Notes: generated by a model not told the origin, from the letters alone. DNA of 63,971 bases, filler included, from Dimargaris cristalligena (GCA_003614675.1; 5 parts of 5 records of this genome joined end to end with filler, not necessarily neighbours in it); one strand, 5' to 3'; counted from the first letter of the whole stretch, positions 39,191 to 52,286 are shown. A program made the numbers and translations.

Positions 39191-39449
39191 ATATGTGCTC
39201 GCATATGCGATTATCTTTAAATATATATGTAAAAATCATGGTAAGGTGAGTGAGGGGGTAAATTAGGCTCTTATTCATATACCTCTTTGCAAATCCAAAA
39301 ATAATAATAATTAAATCAATTTTTTAAAAAACGGGGGAATCAGAATAACGACCTCTCTCCCCCACAGGGCCCGCAAAACGACAACAAAGGGAAATCGACC
39401 AAGGTCACCATTGAGTGTATCAAAAAATTAGTCGACTTTCCAACTACGC

Positions 39450-42400
39450 CTAACGTTCGTCAGCGGGTGGTGGATGGGTGTCGCGGGCCCTTAGTAACCG
39501 CATTACAATCTCAGTATCATTCACCGATTTTTTGGCCTCCCGGTTTAGTTTATTTCGTCGTTGCCGGTTGCCATACGCCCAGACGGTTTTCCGCCGTTGA
39601 ATATCGCGGCGCCGAGCGGCGAATTCCGGCATTTGGTCCCGTTTGGTAAAATTCACGTACAGGTCCACCAGGTCCTCGGTGGGCAAGTGGTAATATTCGC
39701 GTATCTTGAGCAAGTCGTAGTAGTGGCGGGATTGCAGTCGGTCGATGAGGTCCACGTCCCCCGTGGGATCGTCGTCACCGTTGAAGAAAAGCTTGAGTCG
39801 CTCGAGGCAGGCGTAAATAATGCCGAGCTGACCCGGGGTTAGTACGGTGTACTGATCATCATCAAACGGACCCTGGCCGGGCGGTAGGAGCAGGTCGTCA
39901 AAAATATAGAGGATTTCCCGCCAGATTTTAACTACGATGTTCTTAGAAACACCGCTGTGTAAATTTTGGAACAGGACGGCCAGGTTAGTGTTGAGATAGT
40001 CGGTCAGGGGCTGCAGCACGAGGTCGCAGTGGATCGCTTCCCGCGACATTGTGTCTACCGGGTCCTCGGGAAGGGACGAAGACGATTTCGAAACCGGGTC
40101 GGAGGTGGGGGTATGCGAGCTTGGGGAGCCGGAGTTACTGACTGGTGGGGTCGACCCAGTCGCCTTTCCTAAAAACGCTCGGAACTTGTTGCCTAAAAAC
40201 GAGGAAGATGATGGGGCCACGGCGGACGTGGTCGTTAGGGCACCTGTCTCAGCGGGTCGACTAGCTGCGAGCGGTGGTGAGGGGCGGGGAGGGGGAGGAG
40301 CATCCTTCAGAAGATTCTTAAACGCCAAACAGTCACGCATATAGTTGGACATTTGCTGAACGATCATCCTGCCCATACCGCTCTGGGCCAGCTGAATCAT
40401 GCGGAAAATCTTACCAAAGTAGAATTGGGTGTCGGCCTTTTCCAAGTCGACGGTCGCCCGCAGCCAAATCCGGCCGGTGGGCCGGAAATCGAGGTAGAAA
40501 TCCTTGGTGACTTCATCGCGGAAGGCACTGGGGTCGAAGGGAATGGATGCGTAGGCGTAGACCTCCTCCTTATCGGTGTAATCATCAATGTCCTGCACGG
40601 TAATGAGCAGGTTACAGGGAATATTATCGACTGAAAATTCCACGTGTTCATCCCAACGGGGGTTAGTACCCAGGAAACTCGGCCGGGAGCGGCCCAGTTT
40701 CCGTTTGGTACCCATGTTCGTAAACTCGATAAAGGGCCGTGGATTGGCCTTGTCCAGGGACAGGCTCTCAGCGTGTAAGACGTGGAAAGAGACGAGAAAG
40801 GTATCGACTTCGGCGGGCGGGGCGGCTGACGAGGTGGGCGGCCGTTCGATGCGGCCCAGATGGGTTTCCACACCAAGGGCGTCGTACATTTGGTTGACCC
40901 GTTCCTCAATCATATGCAGGTTATTGAGAGCCGTGCACGACTCGATACTAAAATACACGGGCTGGCTGTTTTCGGCCCCTTGGGTAATGATTACCCCCAT
41001 GCTGCGGAGAAACATACTCGAGCGATCCGCGAACGATTTGGTGCCCCCGAGGGCCATCATGGCCAGGGTTTCCATGAATTTCTTCTCGACGCTTTCCCGG
41101 TAAATATTAAGCATGTCAAGCATTATTTTGGCGAACCGCTTCATGATTTCTTCTTCGACCGCCGCGTCGGGCCAGGTTATTTTACGAATGAGCTCAATCT
41201 GCTGGAAAAAAATGGCCGAGACATCGATGACGGACGAAGAATAGGGGAAGCGCTCTCCTTCGTATTGGGTCTACCGTTTGTAACAATGTGGCGTACCATT
41301 TAGTGGGAGGTGATCAACAGAGTATAGGTTAGTATGGGGAGGTCTGCCATAAATGACGTGGGATGTCCGGGTGGAGAGGAATGCCCATTTTGATCCACCT
41401 TCTAATTAACCCGAAATATTTCACAGTTAAATGATAGATAGGTCTCACGGGTGCTTACCGTTTCAATATTAATGGCATTCGTAATCCAAGTTGGTATGTC
41501 AGATTCAATCTGGGCCATCCACCGAAAAAGGTGCTTTTTCAGCCAAATGGGGAGTTCGTCCCGGAGCAGAGGTACACCGGCTATATTGATTGCGTGCTCG
41601 TTAAGATCGTAAATGACTTCGTAAATATCCAGGGCGTTGGCCAGGTCCACCTCACCATCCCGCGGAGTATTGATAATATTCTGTACTTCCAGTTTGAGGC
41701 ATTTGAGTTCACTTTCCAGGGCAAAGGCCGCCACGTGGATTACATAATTAGGGGAGAGGGCAATTTTCGGGAGGAGCCGGCCAATGTGGCGACTATCCTG
41801 TTCCACAAGGGTGGACAAGTAGGTAAGGGGTAGAATTTCGGAGTCGGGGTACGCGGCCTCGGCCACCTCGTGCAACTTCTGGTAGCGTTGCACAGCGGCG
41901 GACTGGATGGTTTGGACCATGTCGCCGTACATGGCGGGAATACGGTCCAGCATGACCCGCTGGAACACCGCGCTGTTGACCAGTTGGACGAGGAGATCGA
42001 CGGCGAACACGGAGGCGGTTTTCTGGGACATTTCCATATGCATGACGGTGAGGGCGAAGTCTTCAATTACCCAGGTTTGGATTTCGGTGAAGATGGTTAA
42101 GCACAAATTGAGGTCCTGTTGGGTCCAGATATTTTTGGGGGATTCGTAGGCACGCTCCATGTTATCAAGGGCCTCAAGTAGGTAGGGCTGGGGGATCTCG
42201 CGGCGAAAGACCATGGTTTTGATAACGTCCAACTGGATAATCTCGTGGGCCTGCTGGGGGACGCGCCAGAACTTGGCACATTGGTTTAGAAGTAGGAGAG
42301 ACGCCTCCGAGAGAGTGGGCTTCTCGGCCGGGGGTTCGGGCTTTTCGAATGCTACGCACACATCTCGGTAAATACAACGACCCAGGAGTACTTGGTAGCA

Positions 42401-44129
42401 CGACCGGGGACTGCGGGGTACAAAGACGAGGTCGTTTTTACGGGTCTACGGAGGGGAGCATACATAGATATAAAGAAAGAAAGAGAGAGAGAAAGTGGAA
42501 GCAGTCGATTGTTAGACATGGGTGGCGCATTATATTAGAACCGCATTTACATCCCATGAATTTACCATGCATGCACAGCATGTAAGTAAGTGTATGCAAG
42601 TCACGGGGCCAGTGCCAGGAAGAGGGGGGAAGCGAATATGCAGGACATGGGAGGTACCAAACCATCTTCCGGAGCACTCCATATGGCAGAAGTTCATCCA
42701 GGCTGTATAACGAATAATCCATTTGATGAGGTAAATACTACTAGGTGAAAATATATATCCCACCGATTTTCCCATACATATATTGTGTAAAACCTTATAC
42801 AGTTGGGTTGAAGTTCACCCATATGCTTTCCCCTCCCCCTCTTTTTTATGTTGGTGGCAGAGAGATAGTATATATACATACATTAAGAGAAAAAAGACCA
42901 TAACAATAGTGCATAAAACAAATTGGAACTTTCTGACTTACCAAATCGAACTCGGTCTTGCGCACGGTGCTGTAGTTGTAATTACGGTAGCGCATACCTT
43001 CCAAAATCCGGCTAATTTCTAAGTTTTCCTGATCCATTAACCGCGTGCGACCGTCCTCGTCCAAAAAGTCGGAGGGTTTGTAGCCATATACGATGCCCTG
43101 GTTCAAAAGATCGAGGAGAAGGCGAAGATCATTGCCTGCGTTTTCTTCGGTACAGAGGGGTATGGTGGCGTTGATGTAGGCCTGATGCAACTCGGGCGGG
43201 GTTTGGAAGATGATAATAACCCGGCTGGCGAGGGGCCCAAGTCTCCGGTATAAGCGGGCGTCGAGCGACTCGGGGACGTCAAATAAGTTCAAATCGGTGA
43301 GATCGCCCAGGCGTTCCAGGATAGCGGGGGAAGACGGGTGGTCGGGGCAGACGGCCGAGATGGTCATGCGGATAATGGCGATGAAATTGGTTAATTCCCG
43401 CTCCAGTTGGGCATTCACAAACGAAATCATTTCCTTATTCTGGGCGTCGGGGGTTTTCTCATCGGGCGGGGAATCCAGGCCGGAGGTGAGGGCGGCCGGG
43501 TCCAGTAAAAGGGGGCTGTGGGGGGTGGAGGTGGTGCTGATGGCCTGCTGACTTTTCCAGTGTTGGCGGTACATGCGCTTGACAATTTGCGAATAGAGCC
43601 GGAGCAGGTCGTCGACTTTACCGTTGAGGGCCAGATTATCTCGGAAAGTCTTGACGTTCATGTCCTTGAGAAACAACGCCAGACAGTTTTTGGAAAAGTC
43701 CGGAGCGGAAAGCATCGACTGGCGGTTACGGGACGACCGGCGGCGGACGGGTAGGGAACCCCCCGGGGTGAGTGGAGGGGCCAGGAGGGTGGGTTTAGGG
43801 GCGGCGGCGGCGGACGACGACGATGAGGGGAAGGCGTAGGCCCCTGAACTGTCGGTTAGAATCTGGTGAATGCGCTGCTCCAACCCCTTGAGCAGGGCCT
43901 TGGGTATCTCGGCGTATTTCTCGGGGGCCTTAAACCGGCTGTTGATGCTACTAAGGCCGGACATGATCTTGGACTGCCGCCGCTGCATGGTGGCCATGGA
44001 GTAGCGGTTGTTCTGGCTAGGCCTGGCGGTAATGGGATTGTGCTTCTGGTCGAAAAGTAGGGCACAGCGGAGGGTGTATTCATAGGCATTGTCATCCTCG
44101 GGGTATGTGGTTGGCTGGGGAGGGTCCAT
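39450..44129 (-). CDS. MUN-domain / C2-domain protein (Unc13-like; Git1/Ync13/Yor296w type); exons 42942-44129, 41459-42445, 39450-41270
   Basis: Three long ORFs join in frame via GT-AG introns; AYEYTLRCALL N-terminus, FVPRSPRSCYQVLL, SSSVID, CTALNNL, C2 domain (HVLHAESL...PFIEF...GTNPRWDEHVEF), LQPLTDYLNTNLAVL...KIWREIL (MHD2-like). Confidence 0.8.
42681..42824 (-). mobile_element. ~144-bp MITE-like hairpin element inside intron 1 of the MUN/C2 gene
   Basis: ATATGGCAGAAGTTCATCCAGGCTGTATAA ... TTATACAGTTGGGTTGAAGTTCACCCATAT; intron spans 42446-42941. Confidence 0.8.
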
Positions 44130-45115
44130 GGTGTAGTAAGTAAATGTATTGGTAAACGAGGGAGTGGCAAGCGCAGATAGAGACCGTGAGGGGTTCTGAC
44201 ACCCGAGGAGACAGACCAATAGCGAACCTGGACGGTGCTCGTAAGGGTAGGTGGGACAGACTATATATATATATATATATATATATACTAAACTATATAT
44301 GAAATATTCGGGTGGACGCAGACTGACAGACTGACAGACAGAGGGATGGAATGCAAGACTAGGAATGAGGCGAATGTAAGAAGAAAAGACGAGGAAAGCC
44401 TGCTGGAAAATAAAGGGGAGGCCAAGGTAGGTCCGATAGACACCACCGGGTATATGGGCTGGCTGGTGGTAAATGTGGGTGGGTGGGAGCCACGGGAGTA
44501 GTTGCGAGGGTTGATTAGCAGGGAAGCAAGCAAGGAGGCCGAAGCGGGTAACAGTAGAAGGCAATACACGACAATAAAGGAACAGAGCTCAGCGGAAAGG
44601 GTTAAAGGCCGACGTGCCTTGCTGATCGCGGGGGGTGAATTCTAAACAATAGGCCAAACACTCTCTTTTCCTATACGACGAGCTGGGTTGGACAAAAACA
44701 AGTAAGTATTGCAGTCTCCCCTTGGTCACCCATACGCTGCTGGATGGGGAGGATGATCTTCGCCTTCTAATAATAGTGCCACCGGGTCGGTCACTCTATT
44801 AATTACATATTGAATATTAGGAGGTCCCCCCTCTCCAGTCAGCCAAATAACCTGATTGTGCCTTACTCATGCTGCCCTGGATGGATCCACGGCCCCGGGG
44901 TATCATCACATGGTGGGGGCTTTTAAAGGGTTTGACCTACTGGCACTTACTTCCATCTATATTTAATTCCCCTAACTGGGTTTACCGAAATTCCCTAGCC
45001 CCTTCTTCTACGACTACTGTACCGTGTATGTGTTACAACACTATTCGAAATAGACATACCCTTGGTTTACACCATGAAAATTACCCGACAGCTGACATCA
45101 AAGAACCTCTTTTTA

Positions 45116-45259
45116 ATATGGTAGAAGTTCATCCAGGCTGTATAGCGAATAATCCATTTGATGAGGTAAATATTACTGGTCAAAAGTTATTCTCCCACAT
45201 ATTATCCCATTCACATATTGTGTAAAATCTTATACAGTTGGGCTAAAGTTCACCCATAT
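45116..45259 (-). mobile_element. ~144-bp MITE-like hairpin element
   Basis: ATATGGTAGAAGTTCATCCAGGCTGTATAG ... TTATACAGTTGGGCTAAAGTTCACCCATAT; ~70 bp beyond the PPR gene stop. Confidence 0.8.
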
Positions 45260-45327
45260 TCTACAATTGCAAAGTATCCCCTTCCATCGAAGCAATAATA
45301 GCATACCCGGGGCAGCTTCCCACTCCT

Positions 45328-47598
45328 TCAGCTTTTTTTGTGCACAACAAACCCCTCCCCTCCCACCCTTACCACAGGACCAGCTGGCCCGGCCTCGGAC
45401 AATAGATTGCCCGCGGCATCGGCACTCCCCTCCACCATCGGAACGTCTTCCTTAACCGTGAGGGGCTCGAAATCCACTGATTTCAGGTCCTTGAACAGCT
45501 CCTTATTCCGCTCGTAGATATCCACCATCAGGTCGTATTCCTCCTGGGAGGTGGGCGTAATGCCTTGATCCGCGAGATACTCCCCGCACCCCATCGAGTA
45601 GTGCTGCTCGGTCCACTGCTGGAGGTGGTCCTGCGTCTTGCCCAGTTTACGCTCCCCCAGCATAATGTACACCCCCTTGACGACATCAATATCGGCCCGG
45701 AAGCCCCGCTGGGGCATGGTCTCCTGGATCAAGCGGAGCGCTGGCTCCGGCTTCGCTAGTTTACAGTAGGTGTTGGCCAACTCGTTATAATTGGCCTCGT
45801 CCAGGGTGAGATCCCGTACCTGACGTAGTTGGCCGAGGATCATCTCTAGGAACAAAGGGTCGTGGTGCGTGGCGCAGTACTCGAACGCCAGGGTTACACA
45901 GGCATTATTGAGTCGCGGGCGGTTCATGATCTGGTCTTGACGGCGGCCACCTTCGGCACCACCATCTGGGTTGTTACTACTACTGGTGTTCCCCTCAGTT
46001 ACGTGACTGCGCACCAGCTTAAGCCATAGCGGTTTAAATGGCCCAGGGTCCTGGCTAAAGGCGAAGGCCCGCAGAAAAATCTCGAACAGCTGACTAGTGG
46101 GGGATGCGACCCGCACCTGGCCCTGTTGAACCATATCGAATAGTTCCCGGATAATATTCTCCTGGAGGGCGGAATGGCACTCCCCCAATAGACCCTCTAT
46201 TAGTGACAGGGCTACCCGCGGGCCTTGGTTCGGTTGTTGTGGATCACGGTCAGCAGCGGGTATCTTCTCCCCGACCCCGGTGTAGCGCTTGAAGAGCTGC
46301 CACGCGTGAGCTACGTTGTGAGCCGTGCAGTAGGCCTGGATAAGCGGCGGATAGGTGGCCATAGTAGGTGCCCAATTGGACTGGTGTTTCAAACAGCGAT
46401 GGAGCGCCACGGCGGTATAGGCCTCGCAAGTGGGCATGGAACCAGCGGTACTGGAGTTTCCGCCTGGATTCGAGGTGGACTGAGCCCCATCAGTGGTGAT
46501 ATCACAGAAACGTGCCTCGGGCGCATCTACCGGATGACGAAGGATAAGTCCCGAGATAATATCGTCGTAGGTATGCTGGGTGGCCGTAAAGCCGGCCTCG
46601 TGCATAAAGGTCAGCACCTGCATGAGTTGCTCGCTACGTCTAGCATCGTCCGATACCGAAGAACTGTTCCCCAGCGAAAGGGCCAGTCGATTAAGGCCAC
46701 CCGCACCATCCTCCGGGTCCATAGGCGGCTCGGGGTCGGGTTCGGGGGTTGGCGTGTAGATCAACCCGTGCAGAAGGATCTCGTAGGTCGCGAGGGTGTA
46801 TGGATCCCGCTTGGTTTGCAGTTCCCTGCGCATGTCCAGAGCCGTCTCCACCTGGCCGCTCATAACCAGAGCAAATGTTAGGTACTGGAACGTCCGGGGG
46901 GTCAGCATAATACTCAAGGTAGTGACTTGTTCAAAAATGACCATGGCGCGCTCCAGGAGTCCGTATTGGAGATAGCCCCCCATAATCAGCTCGACGTCTT
47001 CCGCAGCTAGCGGGCAGGTCCCGGGCGCGATGGGTAAGGACGTTGCTAGATTCTGGCAATGCTCGAGATTTTCGAAAATATCGCCCACCAACACATCCAA
47101 GCGATCCACGAACCGTTGTTGGGTCGTGGTCTCCGGTTCAGGTAACTGGTAGTTAGCCTGATCAATGGTGCACTGGTTGTTGAGGCTGAAAAACTGCGGA
47201 AACTCACTGGCGTTGGGTACCGCTTGGGGTATTAGGCCCCTAAGGAGGTCTAAAGGCAGAAGGGGTGAGGTGGGTTCAGACGGGTCGCGAAGCTCAATAT
47301 AGTGTTGCCAGAGCTCAGGGCTTCCCGGGCTTTGCTGGTATAAGGACAGGAGCTGTTCATTCACCCCGGGGCCAGTGGCGTAGGCGGGCTCTCTAAGGGT
47401 GCTATAGGGAATGGATCGGGTCCATGTTGTCGAGGTCGATGTGTATATAACGGCCGAGGACCCGAAGTTGGGTGCTCGGCTAACTGTTGTGAGAGTTCGT
47501 TGCCTAACGAGGGGAAATGGCCGCAGCTGGGTTGAGACTGGGGTTAAAGCCCCCCCTGCCTTCTGTCGTTCCAGCCGGGAGCAAATACGAGAAAACAT
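45328..47598 (-). CDS. Mitochondrial pentatricopeptide-repeat (PPR) protein
   Basis: Presequence-like MFSRICSRLER...; helical repeats such as TFQYLTFALVMSGQVETALDM, TYEILLHGL, TYPPLIQAYCTAHNVAHAWQLF, NYNELANTYCKLAKPEPALRLIQETMPQRGFRAD. Confidence 0.75.
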   Translation of the reverse strand: MFSRICSRLERQKAGGALTPVSTQLRPFPLVRQRTLTTVSRAPNFGSSAVIYTSTSTTWTRSIPYSTLREPAYATGPGVNEQLLSLYQQSPGSPELWQHYIELRDPSEPTSPLLPLDLLRGLIPQAVPNASEFPQFFSLNNQCTIDQANYQLPEPETTTQQRFVDRLDVLVGDIFENLEHCQNLATSLPIAPGTCPLAAEDVELIMGGYLQYGLLERAMVIFEQVTTLSIMLTPRTFQYLTFALVMSGQVETALDMRRELQTKRDPYTLATYEILLHGLIYTPTPEPDPEPPMDPEDGAGGLNRLALSLGNSSSVSDDARRSEQLMQVLTFMHEAGFTATQHTYDDIISGLILRHPVDAPEARFCDITTDGAQSTSNPGGNSSTAGSMPTCEAYTAVALHRCLKHQSNWAPTMATYPPLIQAYCTAHNVAHAWQLFKRYTGVGEKIPAADRDPQQPNQGPRVALSLIEGLLGECHSALQENIIRELFDMVQQGQVRVASPTSQLFEIFLRAFAFSQDPGPFKPLWLKLVRSHVTEGNTSSSNNPDGGAEGGRRQDQIMNRPRLNNACVTLAFEYCATHHDPLFLEMILGQLRQVRDLTLDEANYNELANTYCKLAKPEPALRLIQETMPQRGFRADIDVVKGVYIMLGERKLGKTQDHLQQWTEQHYSMGCGEYLADQGITPTSQEEYDLMVDIYERNKELFKDLKSVDFEPLTVKEDVPMVEGSADAAGNLLSEAGPAGPVVRVGGEGFVVHKKS

Positions 47599-48263
47599 GG
47601 AATAGCCGCCGGGTGGGAGGTAGGTTCTGGGCCCGATATGCAAACGTAGTAAAGTAAGCGGCAAGTAGTAAAGTCTCGAAGTCACCCTATATGGAATCCA
47701 AAGTCAAGGCATATTTATTATAGACCCCGTGCAGAGTGGCTCCTTCCATGGTAGGAGTGCGCTGCTTATATGAGAATAGGAAGTTTCTATGCCTATTGAA
47801 ACTCATGGCCAGAAGGAACTCCAATACCACATTTGGCTGGATATTCGAAATATACATGGACCATGGGATATTATTTCTCTAAAGGCGGGGCCAGGCATAC
47901 TGGGTCTTTTTCACTATGAATTGTATCTTTTGGCCTGGGTTGAATATTTTTTACCCGTTTAATTTACCTTGCCAAATAATTTCGTGCATTTTTTTTTCTA
48001 ATTCGCTGTAGCCATAGCCTGGAATCACTCTTCGTTCCCAAACGCAGTGTCTGGCCGGCTCAAGGTGTGGCGATTAGACTATTCAATTGCGTCCATATTA
48101 GCCCTTTGCGCTTTTTCACCCCCTCCTCTATAGAAGCTACTTTGCACTTTGTGGCATTGGCTTCGCATACCTCGCATACTCCATCTTTTTATCTAGTTCC
48201 GACCAGCACTGTCCCCTAGCTTCTAGCCACAGTTGATTAGCCGCCAAAAAAATAAATAAAGCC

Positions 48264-51200
48264 ATGGTAGCAGCGAATCCAGCACACTCGGCTTCGCGCT
48301 GGGCCACCCTCGATTCCGCCTCTGCCCTCCAGCAGGCCCTGCAATGGGTTGATACTACCCAATCGACCAATGCCACCCTACGTAAGCGGGCCGCCCGCAA
48401 TCCCGACTACCGGTACCTTACCTCCGAAGAAAAGTTCAGCTTGGCCGAGTACATTGCCCAAAATGACCAAGTGAATATCCCTCGCAAACACGTCGTCCTG
48501 GCCAACTGGGTCCTCGATGAATTATACAATGATATTTTCCTCAAGCCTACCGGGTAAGTTCCTTCAATATGGTTTTAAATCAGACCACATGGTTCCTTAA
48601 GTGGCATCCCTTCTCCACAATGTCACCGCTAGAGCTGAAATAGAAATCCGCGGCAATTACCAGTATTTAATCTAATGTGCCTTGTTTTAATCTTAATCTC
48701 AAACTTACGCATGATTGCCTTGGATCACAAATATATAGTGCCACGATGGGCCATTTCCGGCGACACCAGTATTGGCACATCCTTGTCGATAACACCCACA
48801 AACTAGTATACGGGGAGTGCCGTGCCTCCTGGACCGGCTTTTCGTCCGAGACCACGCTCGTCGCTATCTCCCATTCACGCCACCGTCTTTCTACCGACTA
48901 TAGCCAGGCTGTACCCGTGGTCCTGGCCCAGGTATTCAAACAATTAGTGGATGAGGCCCCTACCGATTTAGTCGACCCCTCCCGGACGGTTGCGCTTGTC
49001 CCCGTCTTTCGGGCAATCGAGGAATGGTTCACCTGTCTGTCGGACACGGACATCCCCAGTCACGCCCGGGCCTTTTTGAAGGAACTGGCCGAGGCCACCA
49101 CCTACTGCTGCCAGTGGTTAGGTCATCTAGTGCGGGCATCGACAACCGCCACCACTAATCAGGCCGATCTGCGGCAATTGCTGGTTTTAGCGGCCTCGTT
49201 ACTGAATACCCTGGTCCCCCTGATGAAGGATGCCACCGTCGACAATAGTAATACCGTGCGGCAGTTTAATCTCACCAGTCAGCAACTTCTCCCGGCCTAT
49301 GCCACCGTACTGTATTGGCTCCCGCAAATGGCTACGATCGCTCCCCAACTAGCCCCGATTTGTGCCAATCTTAAGCTGGAAATCACCACCGCTTTCGAAA
49401 TTTTCCTCTTCCCACTGGGCCAGATGGTCCGCTTTGAAAAAGCGGTGGCCAAGGTTAACCCGCTCGACAGCACCGCGGTATCCGGTTCTAAGCGCGTGCG
49501 GACTCTCGACAACCAAGGCGGTTACCAAGTCGTGCTATTCCACCAGCTCTCCTCCATGGTGTTGGGCACCCAGCGCGATTTGGCCCTGGCCGCCCTCACC
49601 GTGATGCCCGTGCTATTGCGCCAGTTCATCACCCGCTGGGAACGAAGCCAGGTCCAAGAGGCCGCGGCGGCGACCCAAGCTCCCAAGTTCGGGAAGCAAC
49701 CCCTCACGGCTGCTGTTGCTTCTAGTACCGCGGAAAGCGTCCCCTTTACGTTCTTTAGCCACTTCTGGGTGATCGTCAGCCAGTTCTTCCAACAAAGCAT
49801 CATCACCGAGTCGGGTTCAGTAGGGTTTAGTCGCCCGGGATCGGAGGAGACCACCCAGCTCAGCTTCGAGACTCTCGCCCAGTTTCTGGAATGTTTCCTG
49901 CAGGAAAATCTCCTGGGTGCCCCCGGTACTCCCCAGTACCACGAGCAATTGGGTCGCATCACTCCCATACTCGAAACCACCATGAAAGTGCTGCGCTGGG
50001 CCCCCGGGCAGGCCCACCACCACAGTAATGGTGGCGAGTTCCAGCGAATTGGCCTGCGGCTCGCCAATGCTTACGGACAGGTGGATCTCTCCTTAGTAGC
50101 GGCGTACCTCGCCGAACTGGCCGTCTACGCGGTAGCTCCCCTACCGGCTGCGCAGTCCGAGGCCATGGCGCTTCTCCTATCCACCCTTAAAGTTCACGCC
50201 CAGTCCCGTCAATTAGACGTTTGGTTTGATCATTTGATAAAGGCCATTCCCCCGGGCTTTTCAAGGTACCCGGTCGACCTGGCCCGGACTGCAAAAAGTC
50301 CCGTATTAACTGAACAGGTCCTATCGGCCCTCATGTCGACCATCAATGGGGACTTGCCATTCGCGTTAGTGCCTACTATCGTTACTGGGTTCGGTCAGGA
50401 AATCACCCAGATTAATGACAACTTGCGCTCCCAAGCCACCGCCTCCGCCAAACCATCGTCTGAGAATAAGGCCGCTATTTTGGCGTTGTCTCGTTCGCTG
50501 GAAACGTTGGCCGTTCTTATGACGTATTTCGTTACCTCCGTTGGCCCCGACTCCCGGCAGCAACATGTCCGTTGGGATAATCAGTTAGGCGAGCTGTTTA
50601 CTACTTTGGTTCAGCCTCTTTGGGACGGTGCTGGTGAAGTATCTTCCTCCTCATCGACTCAAGAGACCCAGTTGCTGGCCCGCAACAGTCGAGTATTCGC
50701 CGGACTATCCCTACATGGAGCTCTGTTTGAAGTGTCGGAAGCCTACCGCCAGCGGTTCATGGTACCCGAAGCTCTCGCCGGTCTGTGGAACACGACGGCC
50801 GGGTCCGATGTGAACACCCTAACCCCCCAAGCCAAAACCACTCTGTTAATCGATTCCCTGCAAATGGTCTCCTACCTGGTGTCCCAACCCCATATGGTCC
50901 TGGCTACGGCCCCGGGCTTAACCCAAACCGCTTTAATCGAGGCCATCCGCCAGGGGGTGGACCGCAGTCTGTCATTAGTTCACTGGAAGGTCCTGGAAAA
51001 GGCAATTGGGTCCGAGATTAAGACCGGAACGGCGTCCTGGGACCGCCACGTGTTCAATGTTAACGAGTCTAACGAAGTGACGGCCCAATGGTTTGTGGTG
51101 GCCCACGACTACCTGGACCTCATCGCCCGGTATGCCTCGCCGGAGTGGATTCCGCGCCTACTGGCCATTATAACCCGGGCCGCCCCGACCCCCTCGTCAA

Positions 51201-51638
51201 CCACAGTCACGGCCACGACCGATTCGATCACTCAAGTGAACCACTTGGTGCTCAGCAGTGCCCCCTTTTACGAAATTCCGGAACTCCATCCCGCCCTGGC
51301 TCACCTCCTCATTGACCAACTGGTGCACCATTTGGGCACCACGGTGCGTTCAGCGGCAGGTAAGTCAGACGCCCATAAGACCACTGCCAAGGCCCTCGCT
51401 AAATGGAGCAGTGTCACTACCAAAAAGGCCCCCAAGGCCTTGGCTAAACTTGTGGACCAACTGTACGATCCGTCCACCGCTCCTCCGAGCCGAACCACCG
51501 CGTCCAGTGCTACGAAAGTAGTCGATGCGTGGCAGACCCTAAGCTCCCACCTCGGAGCGATCCTGGGAATGCCGCTGGATATGTGGACTGCCGACCAGGC
51601 CCGAACCCTGCTGAACGCGGTTCGCGCCGCCATGTGGA
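48264..51638 (+). CDS. Large helical-repeat protein, probably nucleolar pre-ribosome factor Urb2/Npa2 (3' truncated); exons 48264-48553, 48739-51638+
   Basis: N-terminal IPRKHVVLANWVLDEL resembles the Urb2 N-terminal P.K...l..W motif; >950 codons of open alpha-helical sequence; GT-AG intron restores frame. Confidence 0.55.
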
Positions 51639-51738
51639 NNNNNNNNNNNNNNNNNNNNNNNNNNNNNNNNNNNNNNNNNNNNTTAATTAATTAANNNNNN
51701 NNNNNNNNNNNNNNNNNNNNNNNNNNNNNNNNNNNNNN
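51639..51738. other. Artificial contig spacer
   Basis: N44-TTAATTAATTAA-N44. Confidence 0.97.
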
Positions 51739-52191
51739 GAATTACAGGTCTGCCAAGCCTGCCGTTTCATACAGCGGGTTCCATGGACTACACGCATTCC
51801 CCTGCTACGGGACATATAGAGACAGTTGGGACAGAACGTAAACGGTTTATTGCATAGGTATAGTAATGGAAGGAACCTCCTTGAATAAGGGGAGAGGGGG
51901 TGGGAGCACTTGGTTTTGATAACAACCGGCGGGAGTAAAGTCACCCACTCTGCTGGCTGTTACACTGGCTCTGGTATTGGCTGAGTAAGTCGTTACAGCC
52001 CAAGTAGTCACCCGATTAGCCAGAAAAAAATATTGAAATTAACAGCATTGAACTACTAAAGTGAGGCGCAATGGATGCTGTTGGGTCTGTGGCTTTTATA
52101 GGTCGGCTGTGAGGGAAAATGGACATCATGCCAAGATGGAAAGTGGAAGTTGCAGACCTGAATCAACCTGGGCTGAAGACGAGATAACATG

Positions 52192-52286
52192 ATATGGGAC
52201 AGGCTCAATCCAGTCGTGTAAAGTACACCCCGTTTGAAGCAATTGCTTTTAAAATCTTATACAGCTAGGTTGAATCTCGCCCATTT
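52192..52286 (-). mobile_element. Internally deleted copy of the hairpin/MITE family (~95 bp)
   Basis: ATATGGGACAGGCTCAATCCAGTCGTGTAA ... AAAATCTTATACAGCTAGGTTGAATCTCGCCCAT. Confidence 0.6.

Noticed and set aside
44130-44564. Hydrophobic N-terminal extension of ORF 42846-44564
   Set aside because: Runs through a (TA)n microsatellite and pyrimidine-rich leader from a non-ATG start; ATG 44129 is the plausible start.
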